Source: a virus (lineage: Duplodnaviria > Caudoviricetes). From it: a DNA stretch of 40,356 nucleotides. The translations under genes and the position numbers were made by a program. Below are positions 8,127 through 18,126 of the stretch, in pieces (the stretch's first letter is position 1; each line of letters begins with the position of its first letter). The notes below the pieces were generated by a model, which did no database searches, was not told where the DNA came from, and saw only the letters and a list, made by a program, of their open reading frames with translations. Location: IMG/VR virus record IMGVR_UViG_3300005611_000072, positions 1 to 40,356 of that record, one strand, 5' to 3'.

Positions 8127-10406
8127 TTAACACCTCACTTCCTGTAGGATTGAATCCCAGTTCATTTTGGCTTTAATCATACTCTTACCCTTTTTAACTT
8201 TACCTCTAACTATACTCTTGGCCTTTTTACCACCATATCTCTTTTCAAGAGCCTGTGTTCTTACTCTGATTATATCGCTTAAAATATTTACTGGTAGATT
8301 CTTATTTACTTCAGTTAAAATACTAATTTCCTGACCTGCCCTAGTAGACTGTAGGGTTGCTAATCTTGTCGCAATATCTATATCTTTGGTATTTAAGTTT
8401 TGCATCGCAATTAAGATAGAGTTTCTGAGAATTCCCTTGGGTGCATCTATCTTGCCTGTTAAAACATCAAGCGCCTTTTCTGGGTTCTCTGCCACAAACT
8501 TAGCTGCTTTGGTGATATTTTCCTTCTTATTCATTTCTTTAAAAGTAGGCAGCCCCATGTCTTTAATCTGTTCTTCAGACAACTCGCCTAGAGACTGTTT
8601 GATTCTAGCCTCTAATCTACTAACTTTAGTTTTCCCCTCACCAACTGGAACTTGCGCTCTTGGAACTAGTTTAGCTTTAGTCTTAACTTTAGGTTTGGGT
8701 TTAGTCTTAGATTGATCGTAAAACTTAGAGATAGTATTAAAACCCTCAATGCTTCCCTTAGTAACAATAACTGGCACATTCACACCCAGTTCTTGTGCGG
8801 CTGTGACACGATGAGAGCCTTCAAAAGTAGTTATTTTCCCATCTTCTACTGTAACGATAACTGGTTCTTTAATTCCTTCTTTTTTAATGCTTTCCACCAA
8901 CCCCTTGTATTCATCAGTGGTTTTATCAACTTCATCTCTAGGAGAAATTTTGTCTGCATCCAAGACACCAATTTGACGATCTACAGAAGTTCCTTGAGTG
9001 GTTGCAAAATCTTTTGCACTTGTATACTTTTTAGCTTCTTTTGATAGAGTAATTAGTTCCTTAGATACCCCCTCTCCCCTACTGATTGGTGCTACCTCTT
9101 TTTTAGACTTTACGCCTGGTGACACCTCTCCCCTATCGGATAGAGTAGAGGAGACCTCCTTTTTAATTATTACCGCATCTTTTGCAGTTTTGGGTGTTGT
9201 GTCTTCTTTTGGAGCTGGAATACCAAACACTTCCTCGTCTTGTTTCACAACCTTTGATTGTTGAGTTTCATTATCCATTACTACCTTATTTCCACCAGGA
9301 AGTATTATGGTTGTGACTCCACCAAGAGTACCTCCGATTGCCATAGACTCAAGCACTCCCTCATCCCAAGGCTTATCTGTGGTTAAGTTAGAAACTATTT
9401 GTTGGTATCCCTCTTGGATTCCTTCTAAACTAATGCCTTTAAATGTCTTCTTAATTCCTTTAACAGAATCAAATAGGTCGTCAAAAATATTTAGATATTT
9501 ATTGACAACTAAGTTTGCAAGTAGTGCCTGATCTGCTCTTATAGATGCTTTATCAATACTCTCGCCACGATCTCTTAATTCCTCATAAGTTGAAGATGCT
9601 TCAATTACTGATTCAGCCACAAATGGTAGCGTAGAGCCACCCCCAGAAACAAGTGATAAGAGAGTAAAACCAAGCATTGAGCCAGCTCCCTCAACCACTT
9701 TTTCGGCAAAATTAGGGTCATCAACATTAACCTCATCAGCCCATTTCTTTAGAGACTTTGAGTATTTTCTTGTTTTAATTTCTTCTTTACCCAACTCACG
9801 AATTGCATTGGCTGTGTTCTTGTATTTCTCATCACCAGTTTTTTCATAAAAACGATCAAATCTTTCGGCTTGTTTTTTGTCTCCCCTTTCAATTCTTTCT
9901 GTAACTGCATCAAGGGTACTAGCCCCAAAACCAAGTAAGCTAGCTCCACCCTGCCACCCAAATCTTAACCCTCTCATCAACAATGCTGTTGAATGTCTTT
10001 TAATTTCAGATGCTTCTGGCTTTCTTGCCTCATCAGCTAATAAAAGAGCTTTTTGAAATAATTTTGATGGTCTATTACTTGATTGAGCAGACGATACCCT
10101 TCTGGCTAAATCATCAACTGATAACTCTAGAACTTCTTGACTGCTTCTGGGCCTAAAAGCCTCTGGCAATTGATTAGCTTTTGATTGGAACATCTCTGGA
10201 ACTGGTTGGTCTAAGAAGCTCTTAATCTTACTAAAAAAACTAACCTTCTCTTGTGGTTCTGGGAGCTGCACTTGTTTTTGTGTTGTTTGGACTTGTTCAC
10301 CCCTAGAGAGCTTAACAGCTTGGAGTAATCCACTACCGCCTTCGGTTTTAAACTGAGGCTGGGTTTGTCTGCCAGTTGTTAAATTAACGGCATCTAAGAG
10401 AGACAT
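8127..10406 (-). CDS. probable internal virion/ejection protein with ParB/Srx-like domain
   Basis: Gly-rich hydrophobic segments; EGIQEGYQQ motif; LVESIKKEGIKEPVIV...EGSHRVTAAQELG. Confidence 0.65.
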   Translation of the reverse strand: MSLLDAVNLTTGRQTQPQFKTEGGSGLLQAVKLSRGEQVQTTQKQVQLPEPQEKVSFFSKIKSFLDQPVPEMFQSKANQLPEAFRPRSSQEVLELSVDDLARRVSSAQSSNRPSKLFQKALLLADEARKPEASEIKRHSTALLMRGLRFGWQGGASLLGFGASTLDAVTERIERGDKKQAERFDRFYEKTGDEKYKNTANAIRELGKEEIKTRKYSKSLKKWADEVNVDDPNFAEKVVEGAGSMLGFTLLSLVSGGGSTLPFVAESVIEASSTYEELRDRGESIDKASIRADQALLANLVVNKYLNIFDDLFDSVKGIKKTFKGISLEGIQEGYQQIVSNLTTDKPWDEGVLESMAIGGTLGGVTTIILPGGNKVVMDNETQQSKVVKQDEEVFGIPAPKEDTTPKTAKDAVIIKKEVSSTLSDRGEVSPGVKSKKEVAPISRGEGVSKELITLSKEAKKYTSAKDFATTQGTSVDRQIGVLDADKISPRDEVDKTTDEYKGLVESIKKEGIKEPVIVTVEDGKITTFEGSHRVTAAQELGVNVPVIVTKGSIEGFNTISKFYDQSKTKPKPKVKTKAKLVPRAQVPVGEGKTKVSRLEARIKQSLGELSEEQIKDMGLPTFKEMNKKENITKAAKFVAENPEKALDVLTGKIDAPKGILRNSILIAMQNLNTKDIDIATRLATLQSTRAGQEISILTEVNKNLPVNILSDIIRVRTQALEKRYGGKKAKSIVRGKVKKGKSMIKAKMNWDSILQEVRC

Positions 10407-11602
10407 TATGACCCCCTATAAGCATCATAGATTTCTTTAATTTCATCAGCGCTTTCACCTGGAGTACCATATTGTTGACCAACACTACTACCCAAATAAT
10501 TCTTGTAAATATCTTGCAGGCTCATTGTTGGGGCGTACTTAGCAACCAATTGAGGGAAGATTCCAACCCATCCAGCATCAGTACTAACTCCCTGGATTGT
10601 TTCAGCATCATTAATAAACTGTTGTTTTACGTTTGTAGCAGATCCACTTGCACCGCCACTAGATTTGGTTTTAGTACCCACAGCACCCAAGCTCTTCTGA
10701 CTAATAACTTCGCCTGTTTGGGTATTAATTACACTAACCGTGACTTCTCCAGCATCATTCTCAGACTTAATTACTTGAGTTTGAGCATCCTGCTTACTTC
10801 TGGAACTAATAGCACTCTGAATCATGTCGCTGCTAATACCAGTTTGTCGGGTAAGATTAGCAATTGTTTCTCCAGAAACATTGTCTAGCGCTCCAATATT
10901 TAATAGTGAGTTGAATCTATCCCAGGCTTGTTGGGTGGCCTGAGAATTAATATCTAGTTGTTTGAGTTGTAAATTAAGCTGGGTTTCAACGTCTGCTTTT
11001 TTGGTAGCAATGTCTCTTTGTAAATTAGCTGTTCTCTCTTGGAACAATTTATCAATCTTAGCAATTCTACCCACGCGTTCAGCTTCAGACAAAAATGGAT
11101 TGTCATTAATACTTGCCTTAGCCTCGATATATCTTTTCTCCTTATCGGAATATTCAGTCTCCAGACTCTCAATCCCTGATGATTGATAAAGTCCTTTATA
11201 TGTTTCTTGTAAATCAATAGTTGGTTGAGCCTCAAGGGTTGATAATCCTACTCCAGTAGCACTACCAGCTCCAGTCTGATAACCGCCAGACTCATATTTG
11301 GCTTTTTCTATTTCGTATTGACCAGGAATAGATCTAATTCTGTCTAGTTCAGACTGTCTTCCTGACTCAGCCAAAAACTGGTCAAAGGTCTTGGTTGGAG
11401 TAAACCCTGTGGTAGAACTAGTTGGAGTTGAATTTTTACCAACCATTGAAGCAGTAGAAAAGTTATTGCTTGGAGTAGTATTTAAGCCCTGGCTAGATTC
11501 AAAAGCCGCTTTTGCGCTCTCATACTGACCAGAGGCTCTCAACTGATCTAACTCAGATTGTCTCCCAGATTCAGCGTAAGTTTGATCAAAGGTTTTTGGC
11601 AT
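10406..11602 (-). CDS. probable ejection/pilot protein with internal duplication
   Basis: Gln/Ser-rich coiled coil; KTFDQ..AESGRQSELD..R...GQYE..KA..ES present twice. Confidence 0.6.
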   Translation of the reverse strand: MPKTFDQTYAESGRQSELDQLRASGQYESAKAAFESSQGLNTTPSNNFSTASMVGKNSTPTSSTTGFTPTKTFDQFLAESGRQSELDRIRSIPGQYEIEKAKYESGGYQTGAGSATGVGLSTLEAQPTIDLQETYKGLYQSSGIESLETEYSDKEKRYIEAKASINDNPFLSEAERVGRIAKIDKLFQERTANLQRDIATKKADVETQLNLQLKQLDINSQATQQAWDRFNSLLNIGALDNVSGETIANLTRQTGISSDMIQSAISSRSKQDAQTQVIKSENDAGEVTVSVINTQTGEVISQKSLGAVGTKTKSSGGASGSATNVKQQFINDAETIQGVSTDAGWVGIFPQLVAKYAPTMSLQDIYKNYLGSSVGQQYGTPGESADEIKEIYDAYRGS

Positions 11603-12312
11603 TATATAAAGTCTCCTATAATCGTATCTAGTCCGCTTTCTCCACTAAAATAGTCAGGTACATTAAACATAGGTTGATTTCTCTCATATTTAGCCTGATA
11701 TTTCTTTTCTTTATTATACGCTATAACCAAGGTAGCCTTAGCTTCAGCGCTAAACATCTGACTACTGGCTATGGCTTCGCCTTTTTTCTTCAAAATAGCA
11801 ACTGCCTCTAAAACAATTGCTTCATTACACTCTGGAGAGTTATAGCTAAAAATAGTTGTGTCGTCGTCATCAGTTAGTGTTTCCACATTTTTATACCCCC
11901 AAATTGAGATGTTGTCGCTTCCTAGGGCTGATGGGGTTGGGTAAATAAAATATCTCCTCCATTGAGTAGACCATTTTTTCTTAGTGCTAGTTGTATTATC
12001 CTCTTTCCAAAGCAAATAGTCTTTAAAGGCCAGTGGAGAGCCATCTGGATCTTCACCATATAAATTGCCATCTACAGTAAGTCGCCACATAGAATCTGAG
12101 CGCCAATCATCTGGATATTCATAATAATCTTGATCTGCTGTAGTTGATGTAGTCTGAGAGTCCTCTAGAGCTGACCAATCAAACAATGATCCAGCCTTAA
12201 TATAGGCTCTGTTTAGGGCAAGATTAACTGTGGCGGTAGGGTATTGAGAACTACTAGAACTAGCGTTTAAATCACTTAGTAGAGCGGTGCGCATTTCTGA
12301 AAATGTATCCAT
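11602..12312 (-). CDS. head-tail adaptor / tail tubular protein A-like
   Basis: TFSEMRTALLSDL...VNLALNRAY...QDYYEYPDD...FIYPTP; start moved to ATG 12312 because the track's MFVKINN is a promoter repeat. Confidence 0.65.
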   Translation of the reverse strand: MDTFSEMRTALLSDLNASSSSSQYPTATVNLALNRAYIKAGSLFDWSALEDSQTTSTTADQDYYEYPDDWRSDSMWRLTVDGNLYGEDPDGSPLAFKDYLLWKEDNTTSTKKKWSTQWRRYFIYPTPSALGSDNISIWGYKNVETLTDDDDTTIFSYNSPECNEAIVLEAVAILKKKGEAIASSQMFSAEAKATLVIAYNKEKKYQAKYERNQPMFNVPDYFSGESGLDTIIGDFI

Positions 12313-12349
12313 ATTATTTATCTTTACAAACAAAACTATTTATTGGCAA
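12310..12349 (-). promoter_or_regulatory. class B promoter repeat, copy 1
   Basis: 32 bp (12310-12341) identical to 33365-33396; TTGCCA -35. Confidence 0.7.
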
Positions 12350-12358
12350 GTATGTTTA

Positions 12359-13294
12359 CTAAGGTTGTTCGTCTACAAATATATAGTAAGTAACATAGCC
12401 ACTTACAAATCCTGGTGTTGAAACCACAATCTGACTATTGTTTACATAGTAATAAAACTCATCAAATCCAGATCCAGTATTAATAACGTAGGGAATTCTA
12501 TAAGTATCATCAACTTGAAAAGTATCAGTTACAAATATGAGCGTCATTGGGATATACCCCAGATCATGAGTAATTGTGGTAAATTTACTAGTAATTTCTT
12601 CTTGACCAGTATCATGAATCTTTAAAACATTTTTATCACTATCATAAAGAAGCTGATCTTCTGTTGCTGTTTTTACATCAAATCCTGGTTTTGAAATCCA
12701 TAACCCATAATTACTACCAGTTGGAATAGTGGGAGCTGAAACTGAGGTGGGAGTTGGATAAAACTCTGGATCGGCAGCAGTTTTAATGACCAAACAAGAA
12801 GTGATGCTGGGAGGAACATCTTGATTTCCTCCAGAAAACCATATGTTGTTTCCAGTAGTTCCTCTTTCACGAATAAAAAATCCCATAGCATTTCCACTAG
12901 ACCACCCACCTCTACTAATAATCTCATTCACTATTGAGGTTACATTTATACTCACAAAATCACCCTCATCTGGTCTCGTTAAATCCCAATCCACGTTGGC
13001 GGTAGTTTGGGTTCTACCAAAGGGGTTACTGGTAAAAAGGGCGGTATTATCTTCATCAATCCCATGAACTCTTAGATCCATGTCACCACTATTAGATCCA
13101 GTAGTATCATCAACATGAAGATATATGTGTGCAGATACAACCGATCCTGAAACAGTTACGTTTGGGAAACGAATCGCCCCATCAGTATCAGTGCCACTAT
13201 AATCTCCCATTCCAAAATACCCATCATTATTAAATAACGAATTAAAATAGTTGTCAGCCTCGTCGCCAGCAGGAAACATTACTTCATTAGCCAT
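12359..13294 (-). CDS. tail/receptor-binding protein (beta-sandwich, DNRLRE-like, plus tail module)
   Basis: RFPNVTV...NVTSIVNEIISRGGWSSGNAM; C-terminal YGLWISKPGFDVKTA module shared with the adjacent gene. Confidence 0.55.
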   Translation of the reverse strand: MANEVMFPAGDEADNYFNSLFNNDGYFGMGDYSGTDTDGAIRFPNVTVSGSVVSAHIYLHVDDTTGSNSGDMDLRVHGIDEDNTALFTSNPFGRTQTTANVDWDLTRPDEGDFVSINVTSIVNEIISRGGWSSGNAMGFFIRERGTTGNNIWFSGGNQDVPPSITSCLVIKTAADPEFYPTPTSVSAPTIPTGSNYGLWISKPGFDVKTATEDQLLYDSDKNVLKIHDTGQEEITSKFTTITHDLGYIPMTLIFVTDTFQVDDTYRIPYVINTGSGFDEFYYYVNNSQIVVSTPGFVSGYVTYYIFVDEQP

Positions 13295-14231
13295 AGGTTG
13301 CTCCTGTTAAATCCAATGAAAAAATAATTAACTTTACCTTATATGTTGTTTGGGTGTATGTTGCGCTTACGTCTAGATCATCGTCATCAGCGTAACATTT
13401 TGATCTAGTAGAAACAAAAAGCCTCACTTTACTACTATCACAAAAACCACTAGCCGATCTTCCAATTAGACTTGATTCACTTGGGTCAGCACTAGAATCA
13501 ACGTTACCATAGGGCATTTCATACCAAGTAGATCCAAGTTGGACATAAGCTATAAAAAAGGGTTGGTAGCCAAGATTATGATTAAAATCTACATATCCAC
13601 CAGACTCTTGATTTTGAGAATCAATAGAGGCCCTATTTAAAGGTAAAGTAATACTTTCTTCTGAAAATTTATGAACATTGTGAAATTGCAGGGCTTTGTA
13701 ATCACTAGAAAAAGTTAAATCATATTCCTCGGCTGTTTTGACATCTTTACCCTTCTTTGAAATCCACAGTCCATATTCACTGGCAGTTAAACCACTAACA
13801 CCAGATGCACTTAGGGCTGGATCAACACAAAGAATATATCTAAAATTCAAAGTCTTATTAGCAAACGACGCGTTATTGACACTCAAATCTATTTGACCAT
13901 CTGTCGATATGGCTTGAATATACTCAATATTTTGATTTTCATACCAATTATTTAGACTTCCAATGGGAAAAAAACAATTACTATATGTATTATTGTCTGC
14001 ATCGAACCAATCTCTGGTGTCTCCCTTTAAAAAAATAAAATATGCTGGTTTATAATTTAAATTATGAGAAATAGTGGCACTACCAACTCCAGATCCATTG
14101 CAAACCATACTAATGTCTGCAATCTTGAAAGACTTTAAAACTGGACTATCCCCATTAAAAAATAAGTCTTTGTCTGCGGTGGTCTTAACATCGTCTCCTT
14201 TATTGGAAATTTTAAAAACATAATCTGACAT
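13287..14231 (-). CDS. tail protein with two tandem modules
   Basis: YVFKISNKGDDVKT and YGLWISKKGKDVKT, each followed by HNL.Y.P. Confidence 0.55.
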   Translation of the reverse strand: MSDYVFKISNKGDDVKTTADKDLFFNGDSPVLKSFKIADISMVCNGSGVGSATISHNLNYKPAYFIFLKGDTRDWFDADNNTYSNCFFPIGSLNNWYENQNIEYIQAISTDGQIDLSVNNASFANKTLNFRYILCVDPALSASGVSGLTASEYGLWISKKGKDVKTAEEYDLTFSSDYKALQFHNVHKFSEESITLPLNRASIDSQNQESGGYVDFNHNLGYQPFFIAYVQLGSTWYEMPYGNVDSSADPSESSLIGRSASGFCDSSKVRLFVSTRSKCYADDDDLDVSATYTQTTYKVKLIIFSLDLTGATYG

Positions 14232-14235
14232 AGTG

Positions 14236-14745
14236 CTAACTTGGTTTTCTACCTAATAAAACCCTGTCATCATCTTCATCGGCAATAAGAATATTTCTCT
14301 CTTCTCCATCAAGTTTTATCTTATTATCACCCACAATCACCTCGCCGCCAATTAAAGTTCCTGCTTGGATAGTTCCCTTAAAAGTTGCATCGCCAGTTGT
14401 GGCATCTAGTACAAAAGTATTAATTCCACTTTCGTCTCTAGCTGTGATTCCGTTAGGAGTAATGCGTAAATCACCACTCACTCCAGGTGTATATTTACCA
14501 ATCTGAAAACCACCGCTTTGTTCTAGAGTAAATTCTTGTAAAACCCTCTTTGACTTAGTATTTAGGGCAGAACTTAATAACTCAACCGCAACTCGTTTTT
14601 GAGGCACATCATTATCTTTAATCTTCTCAGAACTAAAATTGCCACCAGACTTACTTTGAGTAGTCTCTAAAACCATTCCCTCACCCTCTACTGGGAGTGG
14701 AATCTCATCAATTGTCTTTGGTGTATAAACCTTTTCATTTGGCAT
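14236..14745 (-). CDS. tail protein (beta-helix/needle-like C-terminus)
   Basis: LRITPNGITARD...TFVLDATTGDATFKGTIQAG; position in tail module. Confidence 0.55.
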   Translation of the reverse strand: MPNEKVYTPKTIDEIPLPVEGEGMVLETTQSKSGGNFSSEKIKDNDVPQKRVAVELLSSALNTKSKRVLQEFTLEQSGGFQIGKYTPGVSGDLRITPNGITARDESGINTFVLDATTGDATFKGTIQAGTLIGGEVIVGDNKIKLDGEERNILIADEDDDRVLLGRKPS

Positions 14746-16330
14746 CTTGATCGAATCTTACTTTTAATGAGTGTACCTCTGGGCTACTGTTTCCAGTTGG
14801 GTTCAATACTACTCTTGGTTCAAATATTTCTCCCTCGGAGGCAATTAAGAAAACAGACTTCTGCTCACCTTCTTGGGTAAATTGTGCTACCTCACCCTCC
14901 ATCTTAGCCTGTACAAAACTACCAGTCTTATTTACACGATACCAGAACTCTAAAGACTCACCATCATTAATCGGAGCTGAAAATATCTCAGCGGTTTGCC
15001 AACTAGTAATTTGTCCAGCCTTCTTAACTGGAGCTTTAAAGTCTAGGCCCTCATAAACACCGATAGCTTTTTCAGAAGAATCAACTGCCTTAACTCCAAA
15101 ATCAGTTCCGTCTCTGTAACTGACTAAAATAGTCCCGTTAGCGTTAAAAATACCGCCCAATTCGTCTGCATCTAAGGCATACTCTAGATTCATTACTTTA
15201 GGGTGGTTTTTATTTTTTCTTCCCCAGGAATAAATACCTCCATAGCCTGTATCGGCATCATAGACCGCAAACATCGCCATGTTCCCTACTGCTTGCTTAT
15301 CAATATATGAGAGTGCGTTTTGTTCCCACTCAAATAGCTCAGCCACATTAACTAAGTTACAAACCCCACTTGGATTAACTTGACCACCTCCAGGGAATCT
15401 CTTAATTGGAGCTGAAGCAGACATATTGGTGAAATAAATCTCACCATCTGTTCCCACTTGGATAATTGGGTCTTCGGCATCAATTGCTGCGTTAACACCT
15501 TTTCCAGCCTCACCCGCTTTGTGAGTACCAATAATTGCCCGCCCATTTCTTTCTACAATAGTCTTAGCCACTCTTCCAGGAATTAAGTTTAAGGCTTCGT
15601 TGGTAAAAGAATCATCATATCCAACCATCGCCAACCAGTTTCCGTTACAGATTACCAACGCACCGCCAGACTCTCTCATTGAGTGCCAGTCAGCTTGATT
15701 TAAGTTATCATTAACCTCAGTCACATCATTCCACTCAGAGTCACCTGGCAATTCTTTTCTCTTTAACTTCCTACCAACTGTCCAGTAGAGATATGTTTTA
15801 TTTGCATCAGAGTACCATTCAGCCGCACCAGTTATTCCACCATCGGCATCCTTATAAACCCTCTGTACGAAACCATCATCGTCTCTACGATAGATATATC
15901 CAGTATTGCCGAACTGATAGGTGTAACCATCTGATCCTTTAACCATCCACCTAACTAAATCGCGGTAAACGGAGGTAATGGCATAAGAAATACTTGGACT
16001 TAGTGAAGGAGAAGCACTTGGGGTTGGACTAGGGCTTGGTGACTCTGAAGCACTTGGAGAAGCTGAGGCACTTGGACTTGGTGTTGGGCTTGGACTAAGT
16101 GAGGGTGAAGGTGATGGTGAACGACTCACACTAGCACTAGGAGATACTGATGCACTAGCTGATCTGCTCTCATCAAGTAAACCCTCTTCTGTCAGGCTTT
16201 GATTACAGGTTAGAGTATCTTTAACTTTTCTGATGTTTAGGTTTTTACCAAACTTAAACGCACCAGATATACCTTTGTCCTCATAATCTGAGATTCCGCC
16301 TCTGAAGCTGGTGATTTCGTAAACTGGAAT
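14735..16330 (-). CDS. tail nozzle / tubular protein B-like with inserted Ser/Pro tract (start uncertain)
   Basis: N-terminal ITSFRGGIS motif; beta-rich body; SPS tract at ~15990-16165; possible ATT start at 16330 after AGGAGG (ORF open to 16399). Confidence 0.6.
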   Translation of the reverse strand: MPVYEITSFRGGISDYEDKGISGAFKFGKNLNIRKVKDTLTCNQSLTEEGLLDESRSASASVSPSASVSRSPSPSPSLSPSPTPSPSASASPSASESPSPSPTPSASPSLSPSISYAITSVYRDLVRWMVKGSDGYTYQFGNTGYIYRRDDDGFVQRVYKDADGGITGAAEWYSDANKTYLYWTVGRKLKRKELPGDSEWNDVTEVNDNLNQADWHSMRESGGALVICNGNWLAMVGYDDSFTNEALNLIPGRVAKTIVERNGRAIIGTHKAGEAGKGVNAAIDAEDPIIQVGTDGEIYFTNMSASAPIKRFPGGGQVNPSGVCNLVNVAELFEWEQNALSYIDKQAVGNMAMFAVYDADTGYGGIYSWGRKNKNHPKVMNLEYALDADELGGIFNANGTILVSYRDGTDFGVKAVDSSEKAIGVYEGLDFKAPVKKAGQITSWQTAEIFSAPINDGESLEFWYRVNKTGSFVQAKMEGEVAQFTQEGEQKSVFLIASEGEIFEPRVVLNPTGNSSPEVHSLKVRFDQDAK

Positions 16331-16334
16331 GATC

Positions 16335-16976
16335 CTACCCTCCTCTCTGAGAAAAATTATGTCCCCAGGAAGAAACATTATCTGGTAGCTCCCTACCAAA
16401 AGTTATTTTGTAATGACAAGCCATACAAAGTGTCCTACAGTTATTTATATCAAACCTTAATTCTACATAATCTTTCCACGATTGGATATGATCTACTTGT
16501 AAATCACCACCTCTTTCGTGACACATCTGGCAAGTATAATCATCTCTCTCTAAAACTGTTTTTTGAATTGTATTTCTAAACTTTTCCCTCTCTAATTTAT
16601 TTTCTGAAGTTAACCCACCTTTCCAATTAGGATGATTCTCACCAGACATATATGGTCTTTTCTTTCCATATAAATAATGATTTTCTCCACTATTTTGTCT
16701 TTTACTACAATCACCACATTTTTTTGCGGTATAAGTAGATAGTTCTTTTTCACAAATAGAACATTTTGGCTTTCCACCAATCCATTTATTATTATTTTCA
16801 CCACTTATCTCAGGTCTTGATTTACCATAAGCCCAATGATTCTCTCCAGAATAATGGTCGCTTTGACATTTTCTAGAGCAAAACAATCCTCTACGCTTTT
16901 TTTTATCGTTTAATCTCCAACGATCAATCTCAAACTCTTTTTCACAATTTTTACAAATTCTGTTTACTTTTGGCAT
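16335..16976 (-). CDS. free-standing HNH homing endonuclease
   Basis: CKNC..FCSRKC; four GEN(H/N) repeats ending GENHPNWKGG; RDDYTCQMC...VDHIQ...NCRTLCMACH. Confidence 0.9.
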   Translation of the reverse strand: MPKVNRICKNCEKEFEIDRWRLNDKKKRRGLFCSRKCQSDHYSGENHWAYGKSRPEISGENNNKWIGGKPKCSICEKELSTYTAKKCGDCSKRQNSGENHYLYGKKRPYMSGENHPNWKGGLTSENKLEREKFRNTIQKTVLERDDYTCQMCHERGGDLQVDHIQSWKDYVELRFDINNCRTLCMACHYKITFGRELPDNVSSWGHNFSQRGG

Positions 16977-17012
16977 ATCTTATTTCTAGCAAACAAAACT
17001 ACTTATTAGCAA
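16977..17012 (-). promoter_or_regulatory. class B promoter, degenerate copy
   Basis: TTGCTA then ATAAGTAGTTTTGTTTG, sharing the TAGTTTTGTTTG core with the 12310 and 33365 copies; ATG follows with no SD. Confidence 0.6.
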
Positions 17013-18118
17013 CGCTTTCTCGGGTATTTTGCTGAATAAGTATTACTTTGTGATGAATACTTTGAATTATAGTTGGTGGTTTTAGCTGAATACTTATCGC
17101 TGTAGTTAGTAGTTTTCTCATCATACTTATCAGTAAAAACTGCTAAAAAGCAAAACTGCACCAAATCAATTGAAAGAGAAGTTTCACCCGCTGGGGAAGA
17201 ACTTGCAGAGAATGATGAGCTAGGACTTATTGAAGATGATGGGCTCAAAGATTCAGAGATAGACGGCGACGCAGAGAATGATGAGCTTGGTGATTGAGAT
17301 GAGCTTGGTGAGGCACTTGGACTAGTTGCTATAACAGAAAACGTACCATTACTCGTAAATTTATGTACCTTATAATCTCCATCTGTAGTAATTGTTCCGC
17401 CTGTTGCTGTAAGACTAGATGCTAAATATCTAAGAATAACTACTCCATCACCACCATCAGCACCATTACCTCCTCCTCCACCTAAACCATCTGTTCCTGC
17501 TGTCCCAACATTTGATCCACCATTACCACCACCACCCGAACCACCAGTGCCTGGAGTTACATTTGATCCACCACCTCCACCACCTGCGTAAGTTACTGAT
17601 GCTCCAGTAATAGAGTTAGCAGTTCCATTTCCTCCGTTTCCTCCAGTTGTGCTTGTGGCATTAGCACCAGCAGCTCCAGCACCACCTCCACCACCGCCTT
17701 CGGCTGGCACTGAGTCAGGATCATCAGCTCCATTACCACCAGCGTTAGTTCCACTTCCATTAGCTGCTCCACCAGTACCAGAGGATGTAGCACCTCCTCC
17801 TCCAGAGCCACCTTGTTTTCCATTTCTATAGCTAGCAGTTGTCGAGTTTCCATGTCCACCACCACCACCACCAGTTGAAGTTATAGTATCAAAAATTGAG
17901 TTTCCGCCATTATCACCCTGAACATCATCAGTTGCTCCAGCAGGAGCAGTTCCACCACTACCGACAGTTATTGAGTAATCTTGAACAGTGACAGCATGTC
18001 CAGACCCAGATAAAAGTTGTCCAGCACCACCACCACCTGCGTAGTAAGCTTGTGAGTCTTTATTAACTCCACCAGAGCCTCCTCCACCGACGACTAGATA
18101 TTCAACTGTTGCTGACAT
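17006..18118 (-). CDS. glycine-rich domain virion protein with Ser/Pro tract and C-terminal 11-aa KY..NY repeats
   Basis: VEYLVVGGGGSGG...YAGGGGGG...GVVILRY; SPS tract; TDKYDEKTTNY/SDKYSAKTTNY/NSKYSSQSNTY. Confidence 0.75.
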   Translation of the reverse strand: MSATVEYLVVGGGGSGGVNKDSQAYYAGGGGAGQLLSGSGHAVTVQDYSITVGSGGTAPAGATDDVQGDNGGNSIFDTITSTGGGGGGHGNSTTASYRNGKQGGSGGGGATSSGTGGAANGSGTNAGGNGADDPDSVPAEGGGGGGAGAAGANATSTTGGNGGNGTANSITGASVTYAGGGGGGSNVTPGTGGSGGGGNGGSNVGTAGTDGLGGGGGNGADGGDGVVILRYLASSLTATGGTITTDGDYKVHKFTSNGTFSVIATSPSASPSSSQSPSSSFSASPSISESLSPSSSISPSSSFSASSSPAGETSLSIDLVQFCFLAVFTDKYDEKTTNYSDKYSAKTTNYNSKYSSQSNTYSAKYPRKRC

Positions 18119-18126
18119 TTTCCCCT

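Noticed and set aside
12313-12333. Identical N-terminal peptide MFVKINN on portal and adaptor
   Set aside because: Artefact of translating the 32-bp promoter repeat from a TTG; real starts are the following ATGs
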